A stretch of DNA of 64,000 nt, taken from NCBI RefSeq assembly GCF_009914755.1, contig NC_060925.1. One strand, given 5' to 3'. Shown piece after piece: positions 44,421 to 58,981 of this stretch; position 1 is the first letter of the stretch; every line of letters starts with the position of its first letter. The notes under the pieces are model-generated. The model did no database searches and was not told the DNA's origin. It worked only from the letters and a program-made list of their open reading frames with translations. The position numbers and the translations under genes are program-made. The stretch comes from the human T2T-CHM13v2.0 reference genome, Homo sapiens.

Positions 44421-47180
44421 AAAAAAAAATAGGGGCAACAAAAGGAGTCCCACAAGTGGAACTTGTAGAAAATATAATCCTGAAATGAACAGCTAACACA
44501 AATTGTTATAGATTAAAAGATAAATCAATTTATAAAACTGCTATTCTGAAATTGCAACAATCTTGTACAGTCAGGACTGATAAAATGGGGTAATCAGACA
44601 TTTTATATGTCCATAAATGTAAAATCATCTACTTGAACATTATATGCAATACATTCACACAAAAAAGCAAATACTGTAGCCTTATTTGACAATATTGAAC
44701 TCATAAATACTCATGATTTCACTCTGTCCGAGGGCCTAAGGACTAGGAATGCTGCTGTGATACAGAAAAACATAGTGAATACCTCCTCTATTTAAAAATG
44801 TCACTCAAGAAAGTCTCTTCTAACATAAAGGCAAATACATATAGCTACTGAGCTATGACTGTACTTCTGTCACATTCTATGGTAAAAACACCAGACTCCA
44901 CAAATTTGGAATCATGACAACACTTTGAACTAATTATTTGGTTCATCCATAGTTTATACCTCAATTTACCTACAAACCTTACAAAGAGGAGGTATTTTAA
45001 CTCTAGGAAAGCGGTCACTGAATAATATGCATTCTTGATCTGTTTCTTTCTCCCAAACAATGGTACTGATGGTTAACATTTTTTGTGGTAGCACCACTAT
45101 TTCTAGTAAGTAGATTATTATGGAGTGTGCCACTTTAAAGCTGCAATACAAAATAATATTTTATAGTTTATTCAACAATTCCACAAAGAATATTTCTTAA
45201 AAGCAAATAAATAATAAAGTTAAATGCCATATTTGTTCTAAAAACTCTTTTTTAATGTATCAATCAAAATAATGTCATACATTTATTACAGTTAGTAGAT
45301 TTACTAGCTTTATGCCTTATTATTGCCATTTTGTGGAAAGAGTATACTTATGTCCCCTCATTTAAGATTCATTTTTCTAATTAAAATTGATTTATGATGT
45401 ACTTTGGGACTAAGTTTTACTTGAAGAAAAAAAATCACAGTTTTTAAGCCATCCCTGCTAGGGCAACATACTAGATATCTCAAATATGTATAACCACTGC
45501 AAAATTTCTTGTATCTAATTTTATTATAGGGTCTTTGTTGTTACAACTTGTAAAAGGGGACTATTTGTAGAAATTTAGGTGTACTGAAATTGGTAACTTC
45601 ATCAAACCTGTAAAATGGCTTTCAAGGTGATGGCCTTTCTTTAGTAAAGAGTGAAACCATCAAACTATTCCTGTAAATTAATGTTAGAGTAACAGCATTT
45701 TCCTTCAAAAATGTAGTTTTGCTTCTTTATAGTAGAAATAATTTAACATTCACAATAATTTGATAATTACTTATCTTAAGATATTCTCATCACTGGTGTT
45801 TTGTCTTTATTTGATCGCATCTTACATATATCATGTAAGGAAAAATAAAGGATGGTCTTTTTTGATTTTACTTGTTTGCACTGAAATGGCTATATAGAAA
45901 GATTTTATTGAAGAATTAGCTATTTTAGAGATTGGTCTGCTACATACCGATATAGAATGTTTGTTATAATATATTTTGGAAGTTTTAAAATATATAACAT
46001 GCATTCCAGACTATCAACTGAGTGATACTTTCAGATGGAAAATATGCAAAATGCTCCTGTCCACAGGAGCACTGCCTCTGTCATACTAACTTAGCTGCCA
46101 CAAAATAAAATTAATGATGAGCGCTTACCAACTCTTGTAATATTAGGTGATAGGACTTTGTGCCCTTTCTGACAAATCATCTTAAAATTTTTGGCTTGGA
46201 CTAGTGAAAGGAAAAGATGCTGTATTGCTAGGCAATCCTTTGAGTGGACTGTGCTGTCATTTTAAAGGGAATGATTTCCCACGGTGGATCTAACATTTAG
46301 CTACAACTAAAGAAATCATATGGTATATTTACTATACTGTTATTAAATTGTCTCTCATCACAAGAACTGAGTTAGTGTGGGGCAAAATTCTCAAACCCCA
46401 TTGTCAGTGCAGGAAGAGATTTTTACAGTCCAATAGCTCCTTCGTTACTTAGAGATAGTGTATGGTTTAACTTGATCACTCTGGTTTATTTTTACTTTCA
46501 AATTGTAAGATTTAGCAAAACATTTTATATTAGTTGGAGACAAAGAGAAAAATATTATTGTATGAAGGCACACCCATGCTGAACTTACAGGAAAGAGAAG
46601 CAGAGCTGCACAGCCAGTTATATTACAAGGCTCATTCCTGAAACCTGAATATCATGCGAGCAGAAAAATCTAGATATGTGTTATATTTTGAAGAAATAAT
46701 CTGAAGGCAATATTATTTGCTTTTTTATCAAAAAAGAAAAAAATGCATCTTTGTAAATGTGGATTGACTCTTATTGAAACAGGGAACTGAATGCTTGTAT
46801 TGCAGCCTTAAAGAATCACATATTCACTGCAATATTCGTTTTTGTAAACTACAGCCTGCAACCTAGCAGACCATGACTGAATGCTTTTGAAAAGTTGTAG
46901 ATTACAAACATGAAATCACAATTAATATCCTCTAAAAGTAATTTCAGAGCTTTCACGTCTTAAAAAAAGGACAATGTGTACTGCTTCACAAGGTAATGTA
47001 GCTAATCAAAAAAGAGTAGAATTAAAGTATTTACATAATGAGCAATTCTACAGAAGGCGATCATCCCCATGTAAGCACTGCTGATTATATCCCACGCTGC
47101 TTTTAACAAACTGTACCAGATTGGATCCAGCCATCAGCACTTTCAGAGAATCCTTAAAAGCCTTTTATGGGTCTTTGAAT

Positions 47181-47305
47181 TTATTGTAGAATGGCATTCT
47201 TCAGGTAGAATATGCTGGTGAAAGAGGACAGTGTCAACACAAGGTACCAGCAGGAGAAAAGAACATCAGCGCTCCCGGTAATTCCATACTGGGCTGTACT
47301 TGGAG
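47181..47305 (-). CDS. NEGR1: NEGR1 terminal coding exon (GPI-anchor signal)
   Basis: After acceptor tttaatcttttccatttctttccAG (AG at 47306-47307), phase 1: (P)PSTAQYGITGSADVLFSCWYLVLTLSSFTSIFYLKNAILQ*, the recognised NEGR1 C-terminus: small-residue omega region G-S-A followed by a hydrophobic tail; 125 nt. Confidence 0.97.
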
Positions 47306-47375
47306 CTGGAAAGAAATGGAAAAGATTAAATCAAAATCTAATTTGTGTCTTCCAGGATCTTGACAATAATCAAAA

Positions 47376-47635
47376 GGTAGCCAGGTGCATCGGGGAAAGC
47401 ACTGACATTGGAGTCAGACAGACTGAAGTTCATATCTGATTCTGCTATATGACAACGTGTGGGCTATGTGGCTAACTTCTCAGAGCTTCAGTTTTCTCAA
47501 GGGCAAAATGAAAATAATAGAAATAATAGAATCCACCTCACAGGGCTGTGGTGAGAATTGGAGATGAAGCACATACAGCATATTACATCAACTAAACACA
47601 TGCTAAGTACTCAACAGCTACTAACATTATTATTC
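47376..47635 (+). mobile_element. MIR SINE
   Basis: ttggagtcagacagactg...ctcagagcttcagttttctca...cctcacagggctgtggtgagaatt. Confidence 0.8.
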
Positions 47636-50600
47636 CTCTTATATGTACTGTAAATATTTGTATTAATGGACAAATAGTCATTCATGTGTATATATAGCTG
47701 TGTTTTATTAGCTAAATACTGTACTAAATGCTAGGAAAACAAGAATATTGTCCCTTCCAAGGCCTTTTTTTGGTGAGAAAAGATCTTCAAACAATTATAA
47801 TACAGAATATTAGAGTTGCATGTGCATACCCAGTAACACAGACAAATTGTGCTTTTAAATTGCCTGGGTAAGGGAGATTTCAAATACAGTTTTACTAAAG
47901 GAGACTATCATGTGGGTAGAAGAAATAACATATTCGAAGGCATAATAAAAGGACAGAGCAAGGTGTGTCGTATAGAATATAAAGGTAGATTTAGTCTTGC
48001 TGGACCATGAAGTTTGAGGCCCGAAGTGGAGGGAATTGAAACTAGACCTCTAGACAGGTAGAATGACCTCTACTGTAATGAAAAAGGGACTAGGTTTTTA
48101 TATTGAAAGACATTTTGAAGAATTTGGAGAGTTGAATGTATGACTACATTTATACATCAGAAATATTACAGTCTTATATATGGGGAAGTTCACATGGTAC
48201 TTGGCTAACAGTCATGTTGAATTTTCACTGAATACCTGAAAATTCACCAAGTTTGGGATATTATTGGAGTGTTTGGAATGGGTTTCACTTTGTTTATGAA
48301 CAGACAGTTGCCTAGTTGTAGTGAATTATATTGTGTTCCAGAAATTAAATGTTACAGCCGTGCTTGGACTTGTTTGAGACTGATTCTCATTTACCATAAT
48401 AATAATAATAATTGTAATAACAAAAAACCTGCCAATATATTTTAACCACCTTTTCTTAATGAAACCTGGATTTCAAGCACTATTTCCTAGTAGAAATTGA
48501 ATAATGTAGTAAAGAAATCGACTACTTCATTTCTAAATTTATAACTCAAATCCAGGAGCAGGTTTAGTCACACTGAGTCTGAATTGCCAGCAGATAGTTT
48601 TAATGAAATGTTCACAAATGACTATATTGCTACGTAACAAGAATAATAAATTCTGCTGTTTACACTTCCAAGAAATTAAAGGGGATGAAAGATACATTGG
48701 TCCCTGCAGTGGGAAGTTTCCTTGACAATGCAATTATTGATTCCAGGTGAGTGGGATTTGAACACTGAGACTACTATTTTTTAATAAACAAAGAGCAAAA
48801 TTAACTATTTAATGCATGTGTATAATTACAAATGAGTTTTTTAAAAAATAAAAAGACAAAGAAAGTAAGTCTATTGTTGAACAGAGAGCTTTTCAATTTC
48901 TGATGTATATGAAGTCTAATTTAAAGCTATGGAACTCCTCATTGTCCCCTTTTCTAGACCTAGAAAAATATTTTAAAAATACAAATTAATCTTTATTTAA
49001 TATATGACCTTCTCAATAGTAGTTATGCTAGAGTTGTTTTTCAAGAATGTCAAGTGTAATAAAACTTGTATAATGGTAAAGGACCAAAAATATGTAAAGC
49101 ATATAAATGGTTTCATAAATAAGAAATAAAATTTAAAAGCTAAGCATAAAAAGCAAAGGTAAATTATTTTTGTTATGAGAAATTAAGTAGTAACATTAAA
49201 TGGGTAGATTATCAAGTCCCCTCAAAACTCCTTATCCATCCTTGAAAATGCGTTTTTGGGCAATCTTTCCTGGACCTCCTCTCATTCTCCAACAAACTGA
49301 GCTGACCACCTCTTTTGTGTCATGATACCATGAAATATATATTATATGTTATGTAACTATCACACTGCATTGCAAATATTTGTTTACATATTCATTTCTT
49401 CCAACAGATTTAAACTCTTCTAGGTCATTTCTTATTCATCTTTGTGTTTCCAGACATAAAATCTGGCAAAGTGTGGTATATAGTAGATGCTCAAGAAATG
49501 TCTAAGTAAATGATTCAATCAAATGAATGGGTCATAATCAAAATGAGTATTTCTGTCCTACAAAATGGAATCTTTTCTGAAGCAAGCCACGTGATTATAG
49601 GCTAGAAAATGTACTATAGTAGTATAGTACATTCATTCATTCAGCAAGTTTTAATTGAACTAGGTACCAAGCACTCTCCTAAGTGCTGGGAATGCAGCAC
49701 TTAATAAGATATGTATGATCCTTTTATTACTTAATTCTGCCTTCCCCAGTGTAGCTGTATCTTCTTCCACTCAGCCTCCTATTGTCTTAAACTTAACAAA
49801 GATATTACCAATAGCGTATTTTAAATTTATTACTTTACAATTAAAATAGCATACGTCTTTTCACTGATGCCACAAATTTATATACTTTTTTGTTGCTTGT
49901 GAATATAATATTTATATTAGTCCTGAAATAAACTAGAAACTGGGGGATGAATCGTTAGCTTGCAATTGTTACAGGCAGTAGACTGTGGAGTAATCGTGAA
50001 TAATCAGTACACCAAAACACAAAGAGCAAAGTTAGTCACCATAATGTGAGATCAGATACCTAATGTCAAGTTACATGTCACCAGTCGTACTCTTTAAATA
50101 TCTACTGAATATCTATTATGTTCGTGGGGTTGAATTAAGCCTCACATAGGCAAAGATGAATAAAACCAATCCTTTCTTTCAGGAAGAGCTTATTCTAGTT
50201 GGGGATATAAATAAATAGGTAAATACAGAACATTAGGGTATATGGAACTTTAAAAATAATATACAAACTTGGGAGGATTCCCTATGGCAGATAAGTAATC
50301 TAGGCAACAGTTACAAATACAATTATTTTTTACAAAATACAATGATATACATACTTTAGTACACACATATCTCATTTTTAAAATGGTGTTATAACATTCC
50401 ATTGTTGGGGGATGCCATTGTTATGCAACCTTATTCCCACTGACTGGCATTTATTATGTGTGGTTTGTGTGTGTGTATATGACTGTTGAACTGAATTATT
50501 TGAAGAACAGGGCTAATGATACTCAAGTTAAGGGTCTCAGTATTATTTGGGTCAATGGATCTTCTTAGCAGGTCAAATTCCAATCAACTACTTGATCTTA

Positions 50601-51449
50601 AGAAAATAGCTGTTAGCTATTAGAAATTAGCTTCAAGACTGGGCTGAAATATTACTTAGGAAAAAACCTTCAGAAAATCCCATATGACAAATTAAGCATT
50701 ACCGCCTTTCCCCTGTATTACTTAGTAACTGGTAATATACTTATACATCTTAACCTGATTAGGTCAAGAATGTCTAGAAGCCAAGATATATTATAAATAT
50801 CTTTTATCTTTGATACTGAACATAGAGTTTGGTACTTAATAGGTGTTCAGTAATCGTCAGTGCTTCACATCCATTTCCCCCAGTTACTACAAACCTATAA
50901 GGAGACAAAATACCTTGACTTCTTTTTTCAGAGAGTATCATCTTTTCCTTTTGTATTTTGCTGAATCTTTCTTCTCATTTTAGTATCAGGCTCATTATAC
51001 TTTGACCTGTACAGGTCAGACTACCTCCCTTAAGTATTTTGAGCAAGAAGACAGATCATTAAGTGGATAATATAGGAAGACAGCATGTACTGAACTTTAT
51101 AACATCATACTCTTGCCACAAAAGACAGTCAGCATAGATGAACCCATAGGTCCAAGCTAGAAGCCTGAATTACTTAGAAGATATCTAGTTGAGCCTCTGG
51201 GATGGCCAGACCTGTTGAAGGATCTCTGTCAAGTTTTTAGTTGCCTTTCAATATCATGCTGCTATTTACCTTAAGTAAAATTAGGCAGTATAGGTCATGT
51301 GATCAGAGATGTATCTGGGCTATGGCAAGGGCTTTAGTTTCATTCTGAGTGACATGAGAAGCCATAGGAGAGTATGATTATTTTTAAAGGATCACTTGGC
51401 TACTCAGTAGACAATAGATTGTACTAGGAAAGGCAAGAGTAAAGCCTAT

Positions 51450-51752
<303 letters not shown>

Positions 51753-51767
51753 CTATCCTAGCTCACC

Positions 51768-51877
51768 TTCAAGTATTCCCCATTGTTTATTGAGTAAAGC
51801 CAAAACTTTACAGCCTGGGATTCAAGTATTCCCCATTGTCTATTGAGTGAAGCCAAAACTTTACAGCCTGGCATTCA
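51768..51877. repeat. 53-bp tandem duplication
   Basis: ttcaagtattccccattgt.tattgagt.aagccaaaactttacagcctgg.a twice, 3 mismatches. Confidence 0.95.
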
Positions 51878-52764
51878 GGGACCTCTGCCATCTGGTTCTA
51901 GTCAACTTATCCAGACTCACACCGCTTCTTCACTCTAGTCATACAAGCCATTTTCTGAGCACATAGAGTGTTTCATTACCTCATGTCCTTTGTGCATGCA
52001 ACCTCCTTAAGCCTAGATGGCCTTCTTCCTATTCCCCTTTGCACTTATTAAAGTCCTGCTCATCCTTAAACATCAAAAATACCAGTTTTTCCATGAGGCC
52101 ATCCCCAATCTAAGAAAAATTATTAGTCTTCTGCTTATACCTGACTTCAGAAATGTTTTCTTTCTTCTTAACTTATAATTAGTTATATATATGTGATATA
52201 TAACTATAAACATCTTGAAGTTATGGAACATTCCTCCTTATATGTGCATCTGAATCTTATATCAAATGTGTTCAATTGATGTTTACTGGATTGGATGTGA
52301 AATAATATTCCTAAATATGCATGTGTCAAATTCAAGACCATTTTGATAGACTATCCTATTTTAATAGTTGTTCCTGTGATTTCTCACCCTCAAGGCAAAG
52401 TGTGTAATGAAATTGTTCTATTTCTTTCTTACTACCTGCTTAATTTTTTTTGAGGAGAAGAATGAAGAAAAGAGAAGAAAAGTTTAAATTGAGAACAAGA
52501 AAGAAAGGAGGAGGATAAAGGAAACAAAAGGTTGAAGATTTAAAACTAACAGAGAGAATACGCAGCCCTTTAACAATGTATTAGATTGTATTATATTTAC
52601 CATTTTATTGAAAAAAAAGAGAAAATAAAATAGAGTATGTAAGGGAGACTGATCCTGTTTGCAGATCAGAATTTAAAACAAACAACAGAACAGGCTGTCA
52701 TTCTTTCTAGTTCTTAGTAAAGCTAAGACATTCTAGTCTTTAAATATGACATTGTATATAATAT

Positions 52765-52975
52765 ATGGACTGTAGCTGGATGACATTGGTTCAAGTTCCA
52801 ATTCCATCCCTTTCTAACTGGACTAACCTAGGCAAGTTTCTTAACTTTGCTGAGTTCAGTATCTTCATTTGCAAATGAGGATTGGTAGTATCTCAAAAGT
52901 TATTACAAAGATCAAATGTGTTGTTATCTATAAACCACCCAGTACAGCACTTAACAAAGCATAAACACTCTCTCA
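52765..52975 (+). mobile_element. MIR SINE
   Basis: ggttcaagttcca...aggcaagtttcttaactttgctgag.tcagt.tcttcatttgcaaatgagg. Confidence 0.7.
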
Positions 52976-55900
52976 AGGATGATCTAAACACTCCTCATTC
53001 ACTTATTCCTTTAGCAAATTCAGTGTGTGCTATGTGCTAGGCACTCTGAGGCAATGAGCAAAACAGAAATGGTTCCTGTTCCCACAGAGCTTTCTGTTTA
53101 ACTTGAGATGCTTTGCATGGAACAAGCATATTTTACTTCACTTAATCTACACTTGGTTAAATCAATCTTTCTCTGGTCTTGCAAAGATGTCTTTCATTTT
53201 TGCTTACAAAAATATTAATTCTCTATATTTTCTTGACTTTGGGAGGATTTTTATTTAATGCAATTTATAGCTAGATAATTGGCCAGTCTCCTCTGATTTG
53301 CAATTTCTTCAGAGTCAGAGGATATGACCTCTTCCTTTTCTTCTCTTTTGCCAAAGAGAACAGCATGGTGAGTGAAATTTAGAGAATGGCTTCATGGCTG
53401 ACCTAATGACGAGTTTGTTTTTAGAGGATCTGTCTCAGGTATGAAGCAAAAGTGTCCAAGCTGAGTGGAGTGTAAGCCTTTGAGACTTTTTCCCGTTGTC
53501 AACAGGAAGATCCACTCTGGGTTTTAACATATATCTTATATCTTTTCTAATTATGATTATCACTACCAATTACCACATCTGCTGCATATTATTTTCTGTT
53601 TTGGCAGTTTTCCCTTGTATTGCTCCAGTTTGTATTTTGAGGCAACAGCAAATGTAACTGTGAAATATTTAGTTTTGGTACAATACCAATTACTTCCCTA
53701 GAAATTTCCTTAAATTACTCAAGCTTTAAACTAGCTTTGAGTCATGTTTTTAAGATTTCTGTTGCAATCTTAGAGTTACTAAAGCTATATTAATTCTGCT
53801 TCTGTAAGACAAAACTGGCCTCAACTTACATTTTCCTGAGGAAGCATATACCTAGTGGGAAGCAAATGATTTACACCCAAATAACGTTTCAAGCACAAGA
53901 GGGTGATTAATGTGTACTCAAAATAGAGAACACATACGTTTACTGAGAAATTATACACCATTGATTAGATCCAATTGACAGTGTGATCCTGTTTCATTAC
54001 ATACTGTGGGAGGAGTTTGCTCAAAAGATAATTAAATCCTCTCTGAAGCAATATCCACCCCTTTCCCCATGAGCAGCTGCAGGAGATATCCGGAGGCTCA
54101 GATTACACTTCCCTTTTTTGTATCACTTAATTTTACTTAAACACTGGGTAGAGATTAGGAGAGAAAAAGAGAAGCAGATGGGATATGCTTTTCCACTGGT
54201 ATATAAATTTGGATTATAGTATCTGGAAGAATCAAGCAGGTCTCACACAGGTGACATAATTATACTCCTTTCCATTATTTCTGGTGAAATCAAATGGTCC
54301 AGATCCTAAGATGAGATGTGCTGAGTTATAGATACAGCACAGACATGCTCTATCATCTCATGTACCACCTCACATCTGTTGCACAGCGATTTCTAGGAAG
54401 AGAGCTTTGTCTGTGTGAATATTGCATGCTCCTGTACTGTAGACCCTCTGTAGTCTTTTTCTCCCCCTCGACTTTAGGGTTGAAGAATGCCCGAGTAGCA
54501 TACTTGTCATGTGGTAGGGACCAATGTAGAGATTTTCTGTCTGTTTGTTTACTAAACACACCTTCATTGTGCATGTCTCCTGGAGTGCAGAGAGGTAAAC
54601 ATACCATGGTCCTCTTTTCAATTAGCTCTCAGTGTGGTCGACTAACAATTTATGATTCCCTACTGCAGTCAACTCCTCTTGCATTTAGGGAAAGAATGTA
54701 AAAATTGGATAAATGGCTTCAGATTCCTGTCAGTCAGCTTTCCCGTTTGTCTTCTTTAGAAGAAGTCAGGCAAACAAGTGCACACTGGTGTTCTTTTCTT
54801 GAATTAGAGGCCAAAGGTCATAGAAAAATTTGTATTTATATACTTATTCTAACATTTTGGGTTTTTTTTTTCATTTGATAAAAAAACAATGTCTATCTTC
54901 AGGTAGTTCCATCATTTTTGACAGACTGAAACTTGATAAACATAAAAATAATCATTTTTACAGAAAATCTCTCTATTTTTGTGTTATAAATGATGAGGTG
55001 AATGGGTAGAGAAATCACACCATTCCTTTCTTGCTCTTTTTGACTAGTGGCATTTTTCTGCCAACTTATTCTTAGCGACTACAGAGCTATTTCTCTGGCC
55101 GACCAGCATCCTTAAGTCCCATTCTGCTTGCTGAATAACCATTTTGCCAAAGTTCACAATATACCCTCCTATCTACTCAGCATCAATTACATTAGGAATT
55201 TTAAACATATGTTTGCCTTGGTTATTACCCACATTCAGAAATCTGCCTATTTGTAGATAAATGCTTTTATCTTCATATAGCCAGATGAAACTCTCCAAGA
55301 CTATTACCTCTAATTTGAGGTAAGGAGAATAAGGAAGCAATCATCCAAATATAAACAAATACCGCTATCTTTTATTATCCTTCCTAGTTGCTGAAATAAA
55401 GAAGTCTCAAAGCTTGAATTGTTCATCAATGTTTTCCAAATGTTTTGGATTTTTTTGTTTACTCTATTTTAGAAACTCAGAAGTAATTTACATGAATATA
55501 TAGTTGCTTTGTAGTGTGTTGTCAATACAGGTTATTTTGTATGACCCTGAATGGTTCTTTGAACTTGGTATGGCAACTCCTACCAGGCTGGTTTGCAAAT
55601 GGGTTTCTATGTAAGCGTCTTGACATATTTTGGAGTGTGTATGTGGATGTGTGTGGGTGTGTGTATGTGTGTTTTAAACTCTGGCTTTGTCGTGTGAAAT
55701 ACATTTGCACAAAATACGATACACATTGCCCTTACTATACAGACTTTAGCTTGGGCCTCTAGGGCATCATTTAGTTGAAGAAAAGAAGGTTTTACAGAAA
55801 TAAAAATAGAAATCCAGCTGTGTTCTTAAGGTCAGTAATAGTCACTGCCATCAGCTGTGTCTTCACTGTGACACTGTTAGTGTGGTAAAAACATGGGAGA

Positions 55901-57896
55901 AATTGCAAACCGAAAACATTTTTGCAAGTTGAATGCGTTTTTATGATCTTATACATGTGGGTATGTGGGTGTGAAATTATTTAAGCTTTTATGTAGGGTG
56001 TCTAAACTTGGAGTTTCATGATCAGGTTTTCTTGTTTACTACATTTTATTCTTTGTATCTTTTGTGTTAGGAAGGTTACCTAAACTAGCTTATTTTCTGG
56101 AGTCTGCAACATCGTTCTTTTGGCATTAATTAATGATCAAGAATTTCATAAGCTTTGATCATTTCCATTTTTTTGAATATTCCATTTACCTTTAAATTTT
56201 GTCTGCTTGTTTGTTCTTCGATTTTTCCAGTGAAATGAAGGCCAGTGATTATCTGGCCTTGTAGTTCTGATTTACTTAAATTGTTCCACTTGTTACACTC
56301 TAGATTGATTTTGAGTTCTTCTCAATGATTCTCTAATCATTACCATTATATTTTGGCTATTTTTAAATCCTTAATAAAATCCAAAGGACTTTGTATGGAA
56401 TGTAAGACCTTCTGTAAACTTTCTGCAAGCTACTTTTTCAGTCTTATACCTGATACTCTGCCATACTTTGCACATGTGTCACCCTAGGCAGAAAACTCTC
56501 CATTCCCAGGACACATCCAAGCCTTTGCTGCACTTTTGTATTTGCAGTTTGCCTTCATCTGAGATGGGCTTCTATGTCTGTATGTGTTGAAACAGTACTC
56601 GTATATCAGTGCCCATCTCAGATGCCACCTGCTCACAAAGTTAGAATCTGAAAAAAGTCTGAGTACTGGGGATCAGCTGTTGCCATCCTTTAGTTTTACA
56701 GATGAGGAGGTGAGGCTGACAGGGATCAAATGATGTGCTTAAATTAGATGCAAAAATAAGACAAGGACTCAGGTATTCTGATTCTCTGTGCTTCCATCTC
56801 TATGTAGCTTCCCTGAATTATTACCTAACTCTGGTTGAATTAATCTGCCAAGTCCTCTTTTCTCCTACAGCTTTTACCTATACTTCATCTATATTTTACC
56901 TATACTTTATCACTCTCATGTGCATCTTCTTCTACAGAGTCTAAGTTTCTTGACTCTGTAGGATCATATTTAATTTACTTTTATATGACTCATAGCATTT
57001 GATCAAGTGTTTGGTACCATCAAACTATTTATTACAGAGAATGGAAGTATAGATACATTGTTTAAATTTCTGCATTGGGATGAGGTTTTACTATAGAGCT
57101 GAAGAAAAAAGAGATAGGAAAGATAATATTATCAATCAAGAATTCAGGACTTGGAAATATTGACTACCACTGTAAAGTAACGTTGGTTCCATCTACTGAA
57201 AAGACGAATCTTGTCTTCTTGGATGTCTCTCAAGACATCATACCATAAATATAGAGTTATACCTTTACAAACATATAAACACACACCCAAGAGAACTGTT
57301 AAATAACTGCTCTTGTCTGTGAGTTCTATTTGAATGTGTTTGTTATGGATGGAGGCCATATTTCTTAACAATCAAGCATACGAGGTATTAGCTTAGCACC
57401 CTGGCACCTCAGTTTTCTCAGTTGAACAAAGGGGATAAAATTATCCCTTCTAGTGTTATGATAAGCAAATTAGACAACTAAGTGAAGTGTTTATTGAAGT
57501 GCTGATTAAATTTTCTTAAAATTGTAGCTTTAAAAAATGTGTTAGTGTTTACACAAGAAGTACCAATGTAAGCCCTACCTTGGCCCACAAAGAAATGTTC
57601 AGTTGTTGGCAGGAGATCATGTGTATCTCAGAGTTCTAGAAATCTGAAACAGTAACAATGACACCAACAATATATGTCCCTTCTAAAACAGAGCTTTTAA
57701 AATTCAGGTCAGAAAACTCATCCACTAAACAAATAATGCTTAAGTATCTATACATGCTCAGTGATCACCTGCTATTCCCCACGTACTATTCTGTGTTCCA
57801 GGGTACACTTTTTTTTTTTTTTTTTGAGGCATACCACTGTGATGTTTTACTGGATAGTAATGTTGACTCTTGTGTTGAGATAGACCTTTCTCCTAG

Positions 57897-58235
<339 letters not shown>

Positions 58236-58375
58236 TAGCTCCTCTAAGATCACAATGCTCTGAACAAACCATAGCCTTTTAGCTCCTTGGGTTTACAATC
58301 CGTGCCTCTTTTACTTGGAATTACCTTCTTCTACTTCCTCCCAATTCTCCCTCCTCTATCTGACATATATTTCTC

Positions 58376-58419
58376 CTTAAGAAGAAATGTAATAACTTAA
58401 GAAGAAATGTAATAACTTA
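58376..58419. repeat. Perfect 20-bp tandem duplication
   Basis: cttaagaagaaatgtaataa x2 plus ctta. Confidence 0.95.
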
Positions 58420-58769
58420 CATGATCCCTTCCTTACTTCCTCCTTCCTTGGAGCCTCATTGTAACTCACATTCTCTCAAGGCCTTGCTTAGGTACTTGCT
58501 TCCTCACCTAGATTTCGCATTTCTAAAGAGCCGGCATCATATTTTTTCATCTTTCTTTTCCTCTTGTTTCTTCTTCCCGACAGAGTCTAACACAGTGACT
58601 ACATATAATAAGGGCTTAATAAATAATTACTCTTTTTATTTCCATATGAGATAAATTTGCAAAATACACTTGTTTCACACACTTTTTGTATTTTGCCTTA
58701 CATCTTCTCATTACATTTCTACTTTAGCTATTGCTATGACAACTGGTTGTGTGCAGGGCAAACAATTCT

Positions 58770-58981
58770 AAAGTATATTCTACAGGGCTCCTCAGAGGGT
58801 CCCTAGTAGGATGGAGTCCAGTTATGCACAGCTAGTACCAGTTCAATAGTGTATTCTTGGACTGGCTTTCCCTTCTTCCCTATTTTATTTGTTCCAGTCA
58901 CCCACCAGTGTTCCAAAATTCCTTCCCAAAATAATCACCTACAAGCAATTTGCTCATTTTAGGGGCATCCAGAGAAAGACA
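58770..58981 (+). mobile_element. Ancient ERVL LTR remnant (LTR16-like)
   Basis: ctcctcagagggtccc.agtaggat...ctggctttcccttcttccct...ttcccaaaataa...aagaca. Confidence 0.5.

Noticed and set aside
54318-54701. 127-aa ORF in unique sequence
   Set aside because: Non-ATG start, no recognisable domain, antisense within the NEGR1 intron; length is within chance
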